In this document: positions 37,653 through 46,747 of the stretch, one piece after another
Layout of the letters: every line of letters starts with the position of its first letter
Numbering within the stretch: the first letter of the stretch is position 1
Virus record (IMG/VR): IMGVR_UViG_3300036852_000204
Span: 1-63,092 of that record
DNA from: a virus
Taxonomy: Duplodnaviria > Caudoviricetes
Direction: 5' to 3' (one strand)
DNA: 63,092 nt
Position numbers and translations under genes: made by a program
Notes under the pieces: generated by a model
What the model saw: the letters and a program-made list of their open reading frames with translations, nothing else
Database searches by the model: none
What the model was told of the DNA's origin: nothing

Positions 37653-39014
37653 ATGCTGCAAACCATTACACCCGAGTACGCGGCGCTCAATCGCCATCTG
37701 CACGGCTCAACAACCGAGCCCTATGGTGGCGGGGGCTTCCGCTTTTCCGACATGGTGGCTGGGCTGCGCGCACAGACGGACTCGGAAACCGTGCTCGACT
37801 ACGGGTGCGGCAAGGGCACGCTTGGTAATGCGCTGGGGCGCCCAGACTGGTTGCGTGAGTACGATCCGGCCGTCGATGGCAAAGAGGCAAAGCCCGACCG
37901 GGCGGACATCGTGGTTTGCACTGATGTTCTGGAGCACATCGAGCCGGACCTGCTGGACAACGTCCTCTCCCATATCGCCGATCTGGCCAGCAAGGCGGCC
38001 CTGCTCGTCATCTCGACCGTGCCGGCTATCAAGACGCTTGCGGACGGCCGCAACGCGCATCTGATCGTCAGGCCGGCAGCATGGTGGAAGGAGAAGCTGG
38101 AGAAGTATTTCCTGGTCTCGTCATGGAATGCAACCGCACACGAGATCGTCGCCGTTGGCGCAACGGTGCGCCAGATCAACGACCTGGTGGCACAGAGTGC
38201 CGTCTCCGAAACGCTTCGCTTCGAGAACTCGCTGCGCAACTGCGGGCTGGTCAAGGAGCGCGTGCGCGAGGCGCCGCGCCATGAGCGCAGGGTGGCCATC
38301 GTATGCTATGGCCCGTCGCTCGCCCACACGTGGCGCACGCTGCACGCCGAGCGAAAGCTGTTCGGCGCAATGATCGTCTCTGTATCCGGCGCGCACGACT
38401 TCCTGATCGAGCGCGGCATCGTCCCAGACATTCACATCGAGTGCGACCCGCGCGAGCACAAGGCGTTCTTCACCCGCAATCCGCATCCCGATGTTACCTA
38501 TTGGATTGCCTCCTGCTGCCACCCGAAGCTGATCGATCAGCTCGCCAGCCAAAAATTGGCGCTGTGGCATGTCTACAATTCGGAGACGGACAAGGGGATC
38601 ATCGCGCCGGACGGGCCTGACCCTGACAACTTCCTGCTGGCCGGGGCCGGCACAGTCGGGAGCCGTGCCGTGAACCTCATGTACGTCGCAGGCTACCGCA
38701 TCTTTTCCGTGTACGGGATGGACTGCTCGTTCGCCAACGATGGCCTTCAGCACGCGGGCGTGCACTCCGGCAAGCAACAGCACGAGATCCCCATTCGTAT
38801 CGGCAATCGCTGGTTCAAGAGTTCCGGCAATCTCGCCTACACCGCGCGCGGCTTCATGGACAACATGCGGGTGCTCTCCCAGGCATCAGAGGCAAAGGGC
38901 GAGCCATTCATCGACGGCACAACGGTGCGGGTCGAGATGTTCCTGCACGGCGACGGCCTGTTGCAGGAAATGTATCAGCAGGCGGCCCAGCAGCAAGCAA
39001 AGGACGCGGCATGA
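37653..39014 (+). CDS. Class I SAM methyltransferase fused to Maf/DUF115-like domain
   Basis: VLDYGCGKG, YDPA, CTDVLEHI; VAIVCYGPSL, GIVPD....DPR, CHP, GTVG.RA..L.Y..GYR....GMDCS. Confidence 0.8.
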   Translation: MLQTITPEYAALNRHLHGSTTEPYGGGGFRFSDMVAGLRAQTDSETVLDYGCGKGTLGNALGRPDWLREYDPAVDGKEAKPDRADIVVCTDVLEHIEPDLLDNVLSHIADLASKAALLVISTVPAIKTLADGRNAHLIVRPAAWWKEKLEKYFLVSSWNATAHEIVAVGATVRQINDLVAQSAVSETLRFENSLRNCGLVKERVREAPRHERRVAIVCYGPSLAHTWRTLHAERKLFGAMIVSVSGAHDFLIERGIVPDIHIECDPREHKAFFTRNPHPDVTYWIASCCHPKLIDQLASQKLALWHVYNSETDKGIIAPDGPDPDNFLLAGAGTVGSRAVNLMYVAGYRIFSVYGMDCSFANDGLQHAGVHSGKQQHEIPIRIGNRWFKSSGNLAYTARGFMDNMRVLSQASEAKGEPFIDGTTVRVEMFLHGDGLLQEMYQQAAQQQAKDAA

Positions 39015-39757
39015 GGAGCATTTGGGTAGGCTACGACCCCAGGGAAAGCGAAGCGTTTGCGGTGTGTCGGCATTCGCTGCGCCGCCGTTCCGGCAACGTG
39101 CCCATCCATGCGGTTGTGCTGGGTGATCTGAGGGCTGCCGGCCTCTACTCCCGTCCCACATCCAAGCGCGACAGCAAGCTATGGGATGACATCTCGGATG
39201 CGCCGATGTCGACTGAGTTTGCAATCAGCCGGTTTCTGGTGCCGCACCTCGCTAAGCGCGGTTGGGCACTGTTCATGGACTGCGACATCCTTGCCCGCAC
39301 GGATGTCAACGAACTGTTCGACATGGCCGACCCTCGCTATGCCATGATGTGCGTAAAGCACCCGAACTACATCCCCAAAGAGGCCGTCAAGATGGATGGC
39401 CAGGAGCAGACCAGATATCTGCGCAAGAACTGGTCGTCGGTGATGCTGTTCAACTGCGAGCATCCGTGGAACCAAAACCTGACCGTCGATCTGATCAACA
39501 GCGTACCTGGGCGTGATCTGCACCGTTTTTGCTGGTTGCAGAATGATCTGATCGGCGATCTGCCGATGAGCTGGAACTGGCTGGTTGGAACGTCGGACCC
39601 GGAGATTGTGCCAGATCTGGTGCACTTCACGTCCGGCGGGCCGTGGTTCGAAGGCTATCGCAACGTACCTTATGCCGACGAGTGGCTCGCCGAGCGCGGC
39701 GCTTGGTTGCGCGACACAACCGAGCGCGCCGCAGATATAACTGAGAGGGCAGCATAG
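39011..39757 (+). CDS. GT-A fold glycosyltransferase (GT8/CDI-like)
   Basis: VGYDPRE, STEFAISRFLVP, FMDCD (DxD), RKNWSSVMLFN, HFTSGGPWF. Confidence 0.88.
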   Translation: MRSIWVGYDPRESEAFAVCRHSLRRRSGNVPIHAVVLGDLRAAGLYSRPTSKRDSKLWDDISDAPMSTEFAISRFLVPHLAKRGWALFMDCDILARTDVNELFDMADPRYAMMCVKHPNYIPKEAVKMDGQEQTRYLRKNWSSVMLFNCEHPWNQNLTVDLINSVPGRDLHRFCWLQNDLIGDLPMSWNWLVGTSDPEIVPDLVHFTSGGPWFEGYRNVPYADEWLAERGAWLRDTTERAADITERAA

Positions 39758-40477
39758 ATGGGCAATCTCTACACCGACCCCCTTTTGCAAGGCAGGCTCG
39801 GCATCCGCGAAAGCGACAATGCGCTGCTATTATCGGGTGGGGCGGCGGTCATACCCAATGCGGTGGAGGTGACCCTGCCAGCAACCGCCGGCACACTGGC
39901 TGGGTTGGCGGCGACTAATGCGTTCACGGGCGCCAATTCATTCGCTACGGCCGTTACCCCGACGGGCGGCGTCGCCGCAGCTGGTGGGTTCAGCGCGACG
40001 CCGCGCAATGTGCACACGGGAGGCAACCCTGCGTCGCTTTCGACCGACGGCACCAACCTCGATATCGTCGTTACCGAACTGTACGTTGCCGAGGTATTCA
40101 TCCCCTGCAACATGACAGTCACTGGAGTGGCCGTGTTCTGGGGCGCTGCCACCAACGGCAATGCCAAAGTGATGCTGTTTGATTCGGCCGGTGCGCGAGT
40201 GGCGATCTCCGCTTCTACCGATGTGTCTGGGTTCACGGCCGACTCCTACGGCACACGCATCCCCTTCACGGCGACCTATGCCGCCAAGGGTCCGGCCACC
40301 TACTACGTCGGCGTGATCTGCGACGACAACACCAACGACATCAACACGCACATTCTCGGCAACTTCGGTGCCGGCAAGATTGAATCCCTCGTTTACGCCA
40401 CCGAGGCAGGCTACGCGACCATAACCGTTCCTACCACCTTCACGACGGGCCTCGGGCCAATCGCCACCCTCTACTGA
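39758..40477 (+). CDS. Thr/Ala-rich putative fibre protein
   Basis: VTLPATAGTLAGL...NAFTGANSF fibre-like repeat. Confidence 0.7.
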   Translation: MGNLYTDPLLQGRLGIRESDNALLLSGGAAVIPNAVEVTLPATAGTLAGLAATNAFTGANSFATAVTPTGGVAAAGGFSATPRNVHTGGNPASLSTDGTNLDIVVTELYVAEVFIPCNMTVTGVAVFWGAATNGNAKVMLFDSAGARVAISASTDVSGFTADSYGTRIPFTATYAAKGPATYYVGVICDDNTNDINTHILGNFGAGKIESLVYATEAGYATITVPTTFTTGLGPIATLY

Positions 40478-40480
40478 GCC

Positions 40481-40897
40481 ATGCCCGATCAATCACTGAT
40501 CGAGCTGCTGAGCGGGTACGACGTAACCGACGGAACCGGCGGTCTGGTTGCTCGACTGAAGGTTCACCCAGACAACAGTGTCGGGAACGTCATGGTGATG
40601 GACCATTCGCTTCGTCGCCAAGGCATCGCCACGGCGCTTTACGACTATGCCGCCAAGGATAGAGGCGTTCCACGCCTAGAGGCCGGCAGCTATCAGACAG
40701 CGGAGGGAGTGGCACTTCGCACTGCTTACGACCGCCGGGGTGACTATCTCGGCGGCGAGGCAAAAGACGCGGCTTCCTTGAATAAAGCCGCCGCCGTAAA
40801 GGAACTCTACGCCAAGCAAGGAATGCCAGTTTCTGGGGAAGACAGAGAGAATAAGCGTTCCCGCCTCAATGGCTTTGGCGGCCCAGTCCCCAACTAA
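40481..40897 (+). CDS. GNAT-like acetyltransferase running through motif copy 7
   Basis: V....LRRQGIATALYD motif A; QTAEG. Confidence 0.65.
   Translation: MPDQSLIELLSGYDVTDGTGGLVARLKVHPDNSVGNVMVMDHSLRRQGIATALYDYAAKDRGVPRLEAGSYQTAEGVALRTAYDRRGDYLGGEAKDAASLNKAAAVKELYAKQGMPVSGEDRENKRSRLNGFGGPVPN
40733..40782 (-). repeat. Tripartite motif copy 7
   Basis: CGCCGGGGTGACTATCTC-N24-TCCTTGAA. Confidence 0.88.
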
Positions 40898-40938
40898 ACA
40901 GCATCCCCCCCCCATCACCAGTAAGAAACGGAGAACCC

Positions 40939-41583
40939 ATGTCTTCCATTCCCATGCCTATGGTCGAAGGCCCCCAGCAGGTCGCCGCCATCCATCCCTT
41001 GCGGTTCTACATCGCCTACAAGGAGAGGAAGGTGGCAAACCCGGATAATCCTCTGGTGCCGAAGACCGTCACCGTCCCCGTCGAATGGTGCGACTGGGCC
41101 AAGAAGGGCGTCGAGCGTCCGACCACCGGAGGCGACGCCATCTCCCGGCTCATGAAGAGCCCGCCGGATTGGGCCGCCATCGAGCCCTACTACAAGAACT
41201 GGAAGGCGGGCGGAAACGATGTGGTCGTCAACGGCATGCCGCTCACCGTCTGGGCCGGCATCTCTGCCGACATGGTCGAACTGCTGAAGCCCTACCGGAT
41301 CTATTCGGTGGAGGACTTGGGCAGCATGTCGGACTCCGTCATGCAGAAGATCCCGCACCCCGACATCGTCCGCGTCAGGGACCGCGCCAAGAAGTACCTG
41401 ACCACCAAGGATCTGGCGGATGCCGTGCGCGCGATTGACGACAGGGACGACGCGGTCAAGCAACTGCAGGAGCAGAACGCGAAACTGCAGGCTCAGATGC
41501 AGGCCCTAATGGAGGCCAATGCGATCACGTCGCAGGCGGTGGCCGGCAAAGGCCGGCGCAAGGTGGCAGAGGCGGCGGAGTAG
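40939..41583 (+). CDS. Phage hypothetical protein
   Basis: GMPLTVWAGI...IYSVEDL..MSD; C-terminal coiled coil. Confidence 0.75.
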   Translation: MSSIPMPMVEGPQQVAAIHPLRFYIAYKERKVANPDNPLVPKTVTVPVEWCDWAKKGVERPTTGGDAISRLMKSPPDWAAIEPYYKNWKAGGNDVVVNGMPLTVWAGISADMVELLKPYRIYSVEDLGSMSDSVMQKIPHPDIVRVRDRAKKYLTTKDLADAVRAIDDRDDAVKQLQEQNAKLQAQMQALMEANAITSQAVAGKGRRKVAEAAE

Positions 41584-41814
41584 TCACGCCTTGGCCTCTA
41601 AGTACGCCTGAATAGCCGCGTATGCATCGCCTTTCAGTCGCTCCACTTTTTCGAGTGGGCCGCTGATATCAAAGCGAACCGTCTCGCGTATGAGGCCCTT
41701 GTCTACCTCGATCTCAATTTTGAGGTGCCGTTCCCAGCACTCATCCTTCAAGAACTTCGGGATGCGCAGCCAGCGCGGCCCCTCGAATACGTCTATCCAG
41801 TGTGCGTCGCCCAT
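41584..41814 (-). CDS. Small reverse-oriented moron
   Basis: 76 aa, GAGG RBS, opposite to late operon. Confidence 0.6.
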   Translation of the reverse strand: MGDAHWIDVFEGPRWLRIPKFLKDECWERHLKIEIEVDKGLIRETVRFDISGPLEKVERLKGDAYAAIQAYLEAKA

Positions 41815-41879
41815 CTCAACCTCATGCTGATTTGCAAGCGGAAATCATACCACGGACGACCACGCGGTAGGAGGCTAAA

Positions 41880-42587
41880 CTGAGTTTGCTCACCCTTATC
41901 CAGGCGGCAACCGACCGCATCGGCATCGTCCGCCCGCAGAGCGTCATAGGCTCAGCTGACGGACAGGTGCGCCAGTTGCTGGCCTTGGCCCAGCAGGAGG
42001 GCAAGGAGCTGGCACGTCGCTGGCCGTGGCAGGCCCTCGTCAAGGAAAAGACCATCACCGCCACGGCCACGGAAACCCAGACCAGCGCCATCCCGACCGA
42101 TTTCGACCGCTTCATTGATGAGACATTCTACAACCGCACGCAGAAGCGGAAGGTGGAGGGCCCGCTCAATGCCCAGGAATGGGCCGACTACAAGGGGCGC
42201 ACGGCAACGGTGGTCTGGGATGCGTTTCGGGTCAGGGGCAATTCCATCCTGCTGGCGCCGACGCCGACGGCCAACGACAGCTACGTCTACGAGTACGTCA
42301 GCACCTATTGGGCAACGACCATCGGCAGCACGACTCCTAGTCTTGCGGCATGGGCGGCCGATACCGATGAAGGCATCCTGTCCGAAGAGCTGATGACGGA
42401 TGGCGTTGTCTGGCGGTTCAAGAAAGCCAAAGGCCTCGACTATGCGGAAGAATTCCGTACCTACGAGGCGCAGCTTGCCTTGAGGATCGGCCGGGATGGG
42501 GGAAGGCGACGGGTCAACATGGCCTCCAGCCGCTACCCGATGAAGCCTGGCGTGACGGTGCCTGAAGGCAGCTGGAACCTGCCGTGA
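41880..42587 (+). CDS. Head-tail adaptor/tail tubular protein A; probable CTG start
   Basis: AGGAGG RBS then CTG-AGT-TTG (MSLLTLIQ); WPWQAL, PTDFDR, YEYVS, WRFKKAKGLDYAE. Confidence 0.8.
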   Translation: MSLLTLIQAATDRIGIVRPQSVIGSADGQVRQLLALAQQEGKELARRWPWQALVKEKTITATATETQTSAIPTDFDRFIDETFYNRTQKRKVEGPLNAQEWADYKGRTATVVWDAFRVRGNSILLAPTPTANDSYVYEYVSTYWATTIGSTTPSLAAWAADTDEGILSEELMTDGVVWRFKKAKGLDYAEEFRTYEAQLALRIGRDGGRRRVNMASSRYPMKPGVTVPEGSWNLP

Positions 42588-43198
42588 GCACGAAGGACCA
42601 GCGCACCATCAACATGGTGCACTATCCGCTGGGGGACTCGACAAACCCGCAGGAGCTTGGCGACTATCTCGATGCGATCGACACGACCGCAGCGGCCAAG
42701 ATTGGCGGATCGACTGGTGGCACTGACAATCTCCTGCTGCGCTCGGACGGCACGGGCGGCAAGACGCTGCAGAACTCAACCATTGCCGTAACGGATGCGG
42801 GGGCATTATCCGGCATCACAACTCTGGCAACGACGGGCGCCATCACTCGGGATAACGGCGTTGCCATCCCCGTTCCAACGCAGACGGTTGGCGCGTCGTT
42901 CGTGTTCAAGTTCCCGGAAGACGAAACCGTTACCTTGATCCTCAAGTGCCCGTTTGCGTGGACGATCACAGAAACCACAACAAAAACCGAAGTCGGCACG
43001 GCGACCTGCACCTTTAAGATCGACGGCGTATCGTTGGGCGGAACGGCCAATGCCGCATCTACGTCAGAGCAGAGCCAGGCCCATTCGTCGGCTAACGCGG
43101 TAGCGGCAGATACGGATGTGCAGGCGACGCTATCGTCGACATCTTCCGACTGCGAAAATCTTTCGATCACCTTCAAGGGCACAAGGACGCTTTCTTGA
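42584..43198 (+). CDS. Tail-associated fibre protein
   Basis: STGGTDNLLLRSDGTGGKTLQNS; Thr/Ser-rich. Confidence 0.7.
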   Translation: MSTKDQRTINMVHYPLGDSTNPQELGDYLDAIDTTAAAKIGGSTGGTDNLLLRSDGTGGKTLQNSTIAVTDAGALSGITTLATTGAITRDNGVAIPVPTQTVGASFVFKFPEDETVTLILKCPFAWTITETTTKTEVGTATCTFKIDGVSLGGTANAASTSEQSQAHSSANAVAADTDVQATLSSTSSDCENLSITFKGTRTLS

Positions 43199-43843
43199 AT
43201 GTTCGTGGCAACCGCAGCAATTGGTGGCCGCAACACGTTTGTCGAGTTCACGGCAAACTCTGACGATACGGTAGACAGAACCACCTATACGTTTGGGTCG
43301 CTGGCTGCTGGAGACGCGCATCCACGCCGGCAGATATTTGTTGGCACCTTTGTGGCACCGCAGGGCGCCGACGTTTCGACCACGCAAACCGTCACCATCA
43401 ACGGCAGCGCCACGACACTTGTATCTGGCGTCTCGTTTCTGCGCATTTTCAGGTTGGCTGTCCCGACCGGGTCAACGGTATCCGTTGAGGTCACGCGCGG
43501 CGGCAACAATATGTCGTCATGCAATGTCGTGGTGTGGGCCGGCTACGATCTGATCAGCACAACTCCGGTCGATACGGCTGCTTTGGCCAGCGTGAGTAAT
43601 CCGGTATCCGCGGACGTGGACACCTCATCGGGCGGCTTTGTGATCGGCATGGCAGTCCCGAATTCCGGGGCGGCTACATTCACATGGTCAGGGCTGACAG
43701 AGGATGTGGATACGTCGCCGGCTAGCGGCACGGCATACACGGCAGCCAGCGCCAGCAAGGTTTCCGCAGAAACACCGCGTGCCATCAGCGTAACCCGCAG
43801 CGCTGGCGCATCAACAACCATCGTCACGGCATCTTTCCGGTAA
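43199..43843 (+). CDS. Ser/Thr-rich tail-associated protein
   Basis: Composition and position. Confidence 0.65.
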   Translation: MFVATAAIGGRNTFVEFTANSDDTVDRTTYTFGSLAAGDAHPRRQIFVGTFVAPQGADVSTTQTVTINGSATTLVSGVSFLRIFRLAVPTGSTVSVEVTRGGNNMSSCNVVVWAGYDLISTTPVDTAALASVSNPVSADVDTSSGGFVIGMAVPNSGAATFTWSGLTEDVDTSPASGTAYTAASASKVSAETPRAISVTRSAGASTTIVTASFR

Positions 43844-43847
43844 GGGA

Positions 43848-45491
43848 ATGCTCGCACCACTCGCCCCCAATGCCCGACGCGCCGCCGTCGTAAGGCCAGC
43901 GACCGTCCTGGCCCCGGTGGATGGTTGGTATTCGGAAGCGGTGTTTTCCGACACCAGGAAGCGCCGCGCCAAACAGCTCAAGAACTGGTTCCCGCAGAAA
44001 GACTATGTTGAGATGCGGCGCGGCCACTTGGCGCACTCTCTCGATCTTGGCACATCCTCCACGCCGGTCGAAACGTTGATGCCGTGGAACGGGCCGGGCG
44101 CAACGCGCAAGATGTTCGCAGCGGCCGGCGGCGTCATCTATGACGCGACCAGTTCTGGCGTGGCGGCAACGTCATCGCTGACCGGCCTGAGTGAGGACCG
44201 CTGGCAGTGGGTCAACTTCACCACGTCGGCCGGGGCTTACTTGTGGATATGCAACGGCACCGATGCGCCGCGGCACTACGACGGCTCGGCTTGGGCGACG
44301 CCTGCCATCACCGGCATCACCGAAGAAGATGCCATCCATGTCTGCGTGCATAAGAAACGTATCTGGCTCACCCTAAAGGATTCAACCAAGGCGGCCTACC
44401 TCGGAACGGAGGCGGTGGCCGGAGCCGCGACCACCTTTGAGCTTGGCTCCAATTTCTCCGAGGGCGGCTACCTACTCGGTATGGCCACCTGGACGCGCGA
44501 TGGCGGCACCGGGGCCGACGACTTTGCGGCCTTCATCTCCTCCAAGGGACAGGTGGCTATCTATCAGGGCACCGACCCATCTTCGGCCCTGACCTGGGAA
44601 CTGGTCGGCGTGTTCAAGATACCGACGCCGCTGGGTCGTCGCTGTTTCGCCAATTGGGGCGCGGATGTCCTGATCGCCACCGAGTCCGGCGTCTACCCGC
44701 TGAGCAAAATCCTGGGCGCCGATCGCTCGCAGCAGGAACTGGCTGCCCTGACGGAGAACATCGCACCAGACATCAACGCCGCGGCGCGCTCCTACGGGTC
44801 CAATTTCGGCTGGGAGATTAATATTTATCCGCGCGGCACGCGGATGATGCTGAACATTCCCACCGCCGAAGGATCGACCGCCATCCAGTACGTCATGAAC
44901 ACCTTGACGGGGGCATGGTGCGAGTTCGATGCCCACAACGCGCTGTGCTGGCTGACCTTCAATGGGCTGCAGTATTTTGGCGGGCCGGACGGGACTGTGT
45001 ACCGGGCGGATACGTCGGCGCAGGACGGCACCACGGCCATCACGGCGGTTGGGCAGACCGCATGGCAAGCGTTCGGATCACCTGGCTCCCTGAAGCGCTT
45101 CTGCATGGTGCAGCCGCTGGTGCGCAGCCAGGGCGTTGCCAGACCATCGGTCGGCATCAGCGTGGACTTCGTGGAAACGACATCCATGTCCACGCCGAGC
45201 GCCAGCAGTGCGGCACAGGCTCTCTACGGCACGGCCGTCTACGGCGTGGATGTCTATGGTTCAACCGACGTGTTCGTTGCGGACTGGACCTCGACGCCGG
45301 CCCTGGGTCGTTTTGCCAGCGTCAAGTTCCAGGCCAGCACGGATGGGGCGGATGTCGAAAGCGAAGCCGGCACACCGATCGGCCTGCTGCTGGCACTGAC
45401 GGTCAGCGAAGATGTCTACGAAGAAACGCCGGACCCTCTCATGCAGGTCAACGGCTTTGTGGTGCTGGCGGAGAGCGGCGGCTACTTGTGA
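43848..45491 (+). CDS. Tail nozzle/stabilisation protein (P22 gp10-like role)
   Basis: APVDGW, NWFP, beta-propeller-like repeats, QYVMNT.TGAWCEF. Confidence 0.8.
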   Translation: MLAPLAPNARRAAVVRPATVLAPVDGWYSEAVFSDTRKRRAKQLKNWFPQKDYVEMRRGHLAHSLDLGTSSTPVETLMPWNGPGATRKMFAAAGGVIYDATSSGVAATSSLTGLSEDRWQWVNFTTSAGAYLWICNGTDAPRHYDGSAWATPAITGITEEDAIHVCVHKKRIWLTLKDSTKAAYLGTEAVAGAATTFELGSNFSEGGYLLGMATWTRDGGTGADDFAAFISSKGQVAIYQGTDPSSALTWELVGVFKIPTPLGRRCFANWGADVLIATESGVYPLSKILGADRSQQELAALTENIAPDINAAARSYGSNFGWEINIYPRGTRMMLNIPTAEGSTAIQYVMNTLTGAWCEFDAHNALCWLTFNGLQYFGGPDGTVYRADTSAQDGTTAITAVGQTAWQAFGSPGSLKRFCMVQPLVRSQGVARPSVGISVDFVETTSMSTPSASSAAQALYGTAVYGVDVYGSTDVFVADWTSTPALGRFASVKFQASTDGADVESEAGTPIGLLLALTVSEDVYEETPDPLMQVNGFVVLAESGGYL

Positions 45492-45920
45492 ATGGAGCTG
45501 ATCTGGGGCCATGACGAAACCGTCTGGCGGTGGGCTTCGCGACGGTTCGAGGGCGGGCTTGATCGCCCGACGTGGGCAGTCGGCATCGTTGATCGGCGCG
45601 GGGTTCTGAGGGGCGGCCTGCTCGGCGACGAGGTCAACACGTGGACGGTGGAAGTCACCATCTGCGCCGATAGCGCCATCAGCAACGACATCGCCAAGGC
45701 GTTCTTTCGCGCGGTGTTTGCCCGCTACTGGCGGATACAGGTTTCGACCACCAGGGACAACAAAAGCGTCAAGCAGAACGCCCCCAAGTGGGGTTTTGCG
45801 TTCGAGGGTACGGCCAAGGGCTACTACGGCCCCGGCCGGGATGCGTTGCGCTACCGCATGACGGCGGCCGAATGCCGCTGGCTCCATCCCCAACAAAGAG
45901 AGACGATCCATGGGTTCGAA
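45492..45920 (+). CDS. GNAT-fold tail assembly protein; ORF continues to 46073 over the next gene
   Basis: DN.......KWGFAFEG....YYGPG.DA..Y.M...ECRWL. Confidence 0.65.
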
Positions 45921-46746
45921 GCCGAAGGCGCCAGCGCCGATCGACGTGGGCAAGGTCGCAGGCGAGCAGAGCGCGCAAAACACCGCGAACCTGCAAACCC
46001 AGCAGGCCTACAACCGCCCGGACCAAACCAATCAGTTCGGCAGCCAGTCGCAATGGCGGCAGACGGGCACTGATGCCAGCGGCAACCCGACCTTCGAGCA
46101 GTCAACAAGCCTCGGGCAGGAAGGCCAGCAGTTCGCGTCCGGGTTCTCCGGGCTGGGGCAGCAGTACATCGACCAGGCCGGACAATTCGTCGGCAACCGC
46201 CCGGATATGTCGAGCAGTGCTGCATTCGATCAGGCGGATCAGTTCTGGCGGCAGCGCGAGGAGCCGCGCCTACAGCAGCAACAGGACGCGCTCGACAACC
46301 AGCTCGCCAACAAAGGGTTTGCGGCGGGTTCGGAAGGCTACACACGCGCCAAGGATGATCTTGCCCGCCAGCAGGGCGACCAGCGTGCCGGCTTCCTCAA
46401 CAGCGCGCAGAATCAGTTCTTCAATCAGGGCCTCGCCGATCGCAACCAACAGGCGGGCGAGTTCGGGTTGCTCAATCCCGGTGTGAACTACGGCAACCAG
46501 GCCATCAATTCCGGTTTCTCCAGCGTGCCCGGCGTCAACGTCCAGAACGTCGACCTGACCCAGCTCTATAATCAAAACCAGCAGCAGCAACAGCAGAACT
46601 ATCAGAACGAATTGGCCAGCTACAATGGCATGCTGGGCGGCGTTGCCGGGCTTGGCGGGACGATCCTGGGCGGCGCGTTGGGGTCGCCGTGGCTGGGCAC
46701 GGCCTTGGGCTACGGAACGCAGCGCAAACCGAGCGGGATAGCCTGA
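45910..46746 (+). CDS. Internal virion/ejection protein (Q/N-rich)
   Basis: MGSKPKAPAP..., NRPDQTNQFGS, hydrophobic Gly-rich C-terminus. Confidence 0.75.
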   Translation: MGSKPKAPAPIDVGKVAGEQSAQNTANLQTQQAYNRPDQTNQFGSQSQWRQTGTDASGNPTFEQSTSLGQEGQQFASGFSGLGQQYIDQAGQFVGNRPDMSSSAAFDQADQFWRQREEPRLQQQQDALDNQLANKGFAAGSEGYTRAKDDLARQQGDQRAGFLNSAQNQFFNQGLADRNQQAGEFGLLNPGVNYGNQAINSGFSSVPGVNVQNVDLTQLYNQNQQQQQQNYQNELASYNGMLGGVAGLGGTILGGALGSPWLGTALGYGTQRKPSGIA

Positions 46747-46747
46747 C

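Noticed and set aside
42659-42672. GACTATCTC matches here and at 31491
   Set aside because: Only the 9-10 nt core matches; expected by chance or from coding sequence
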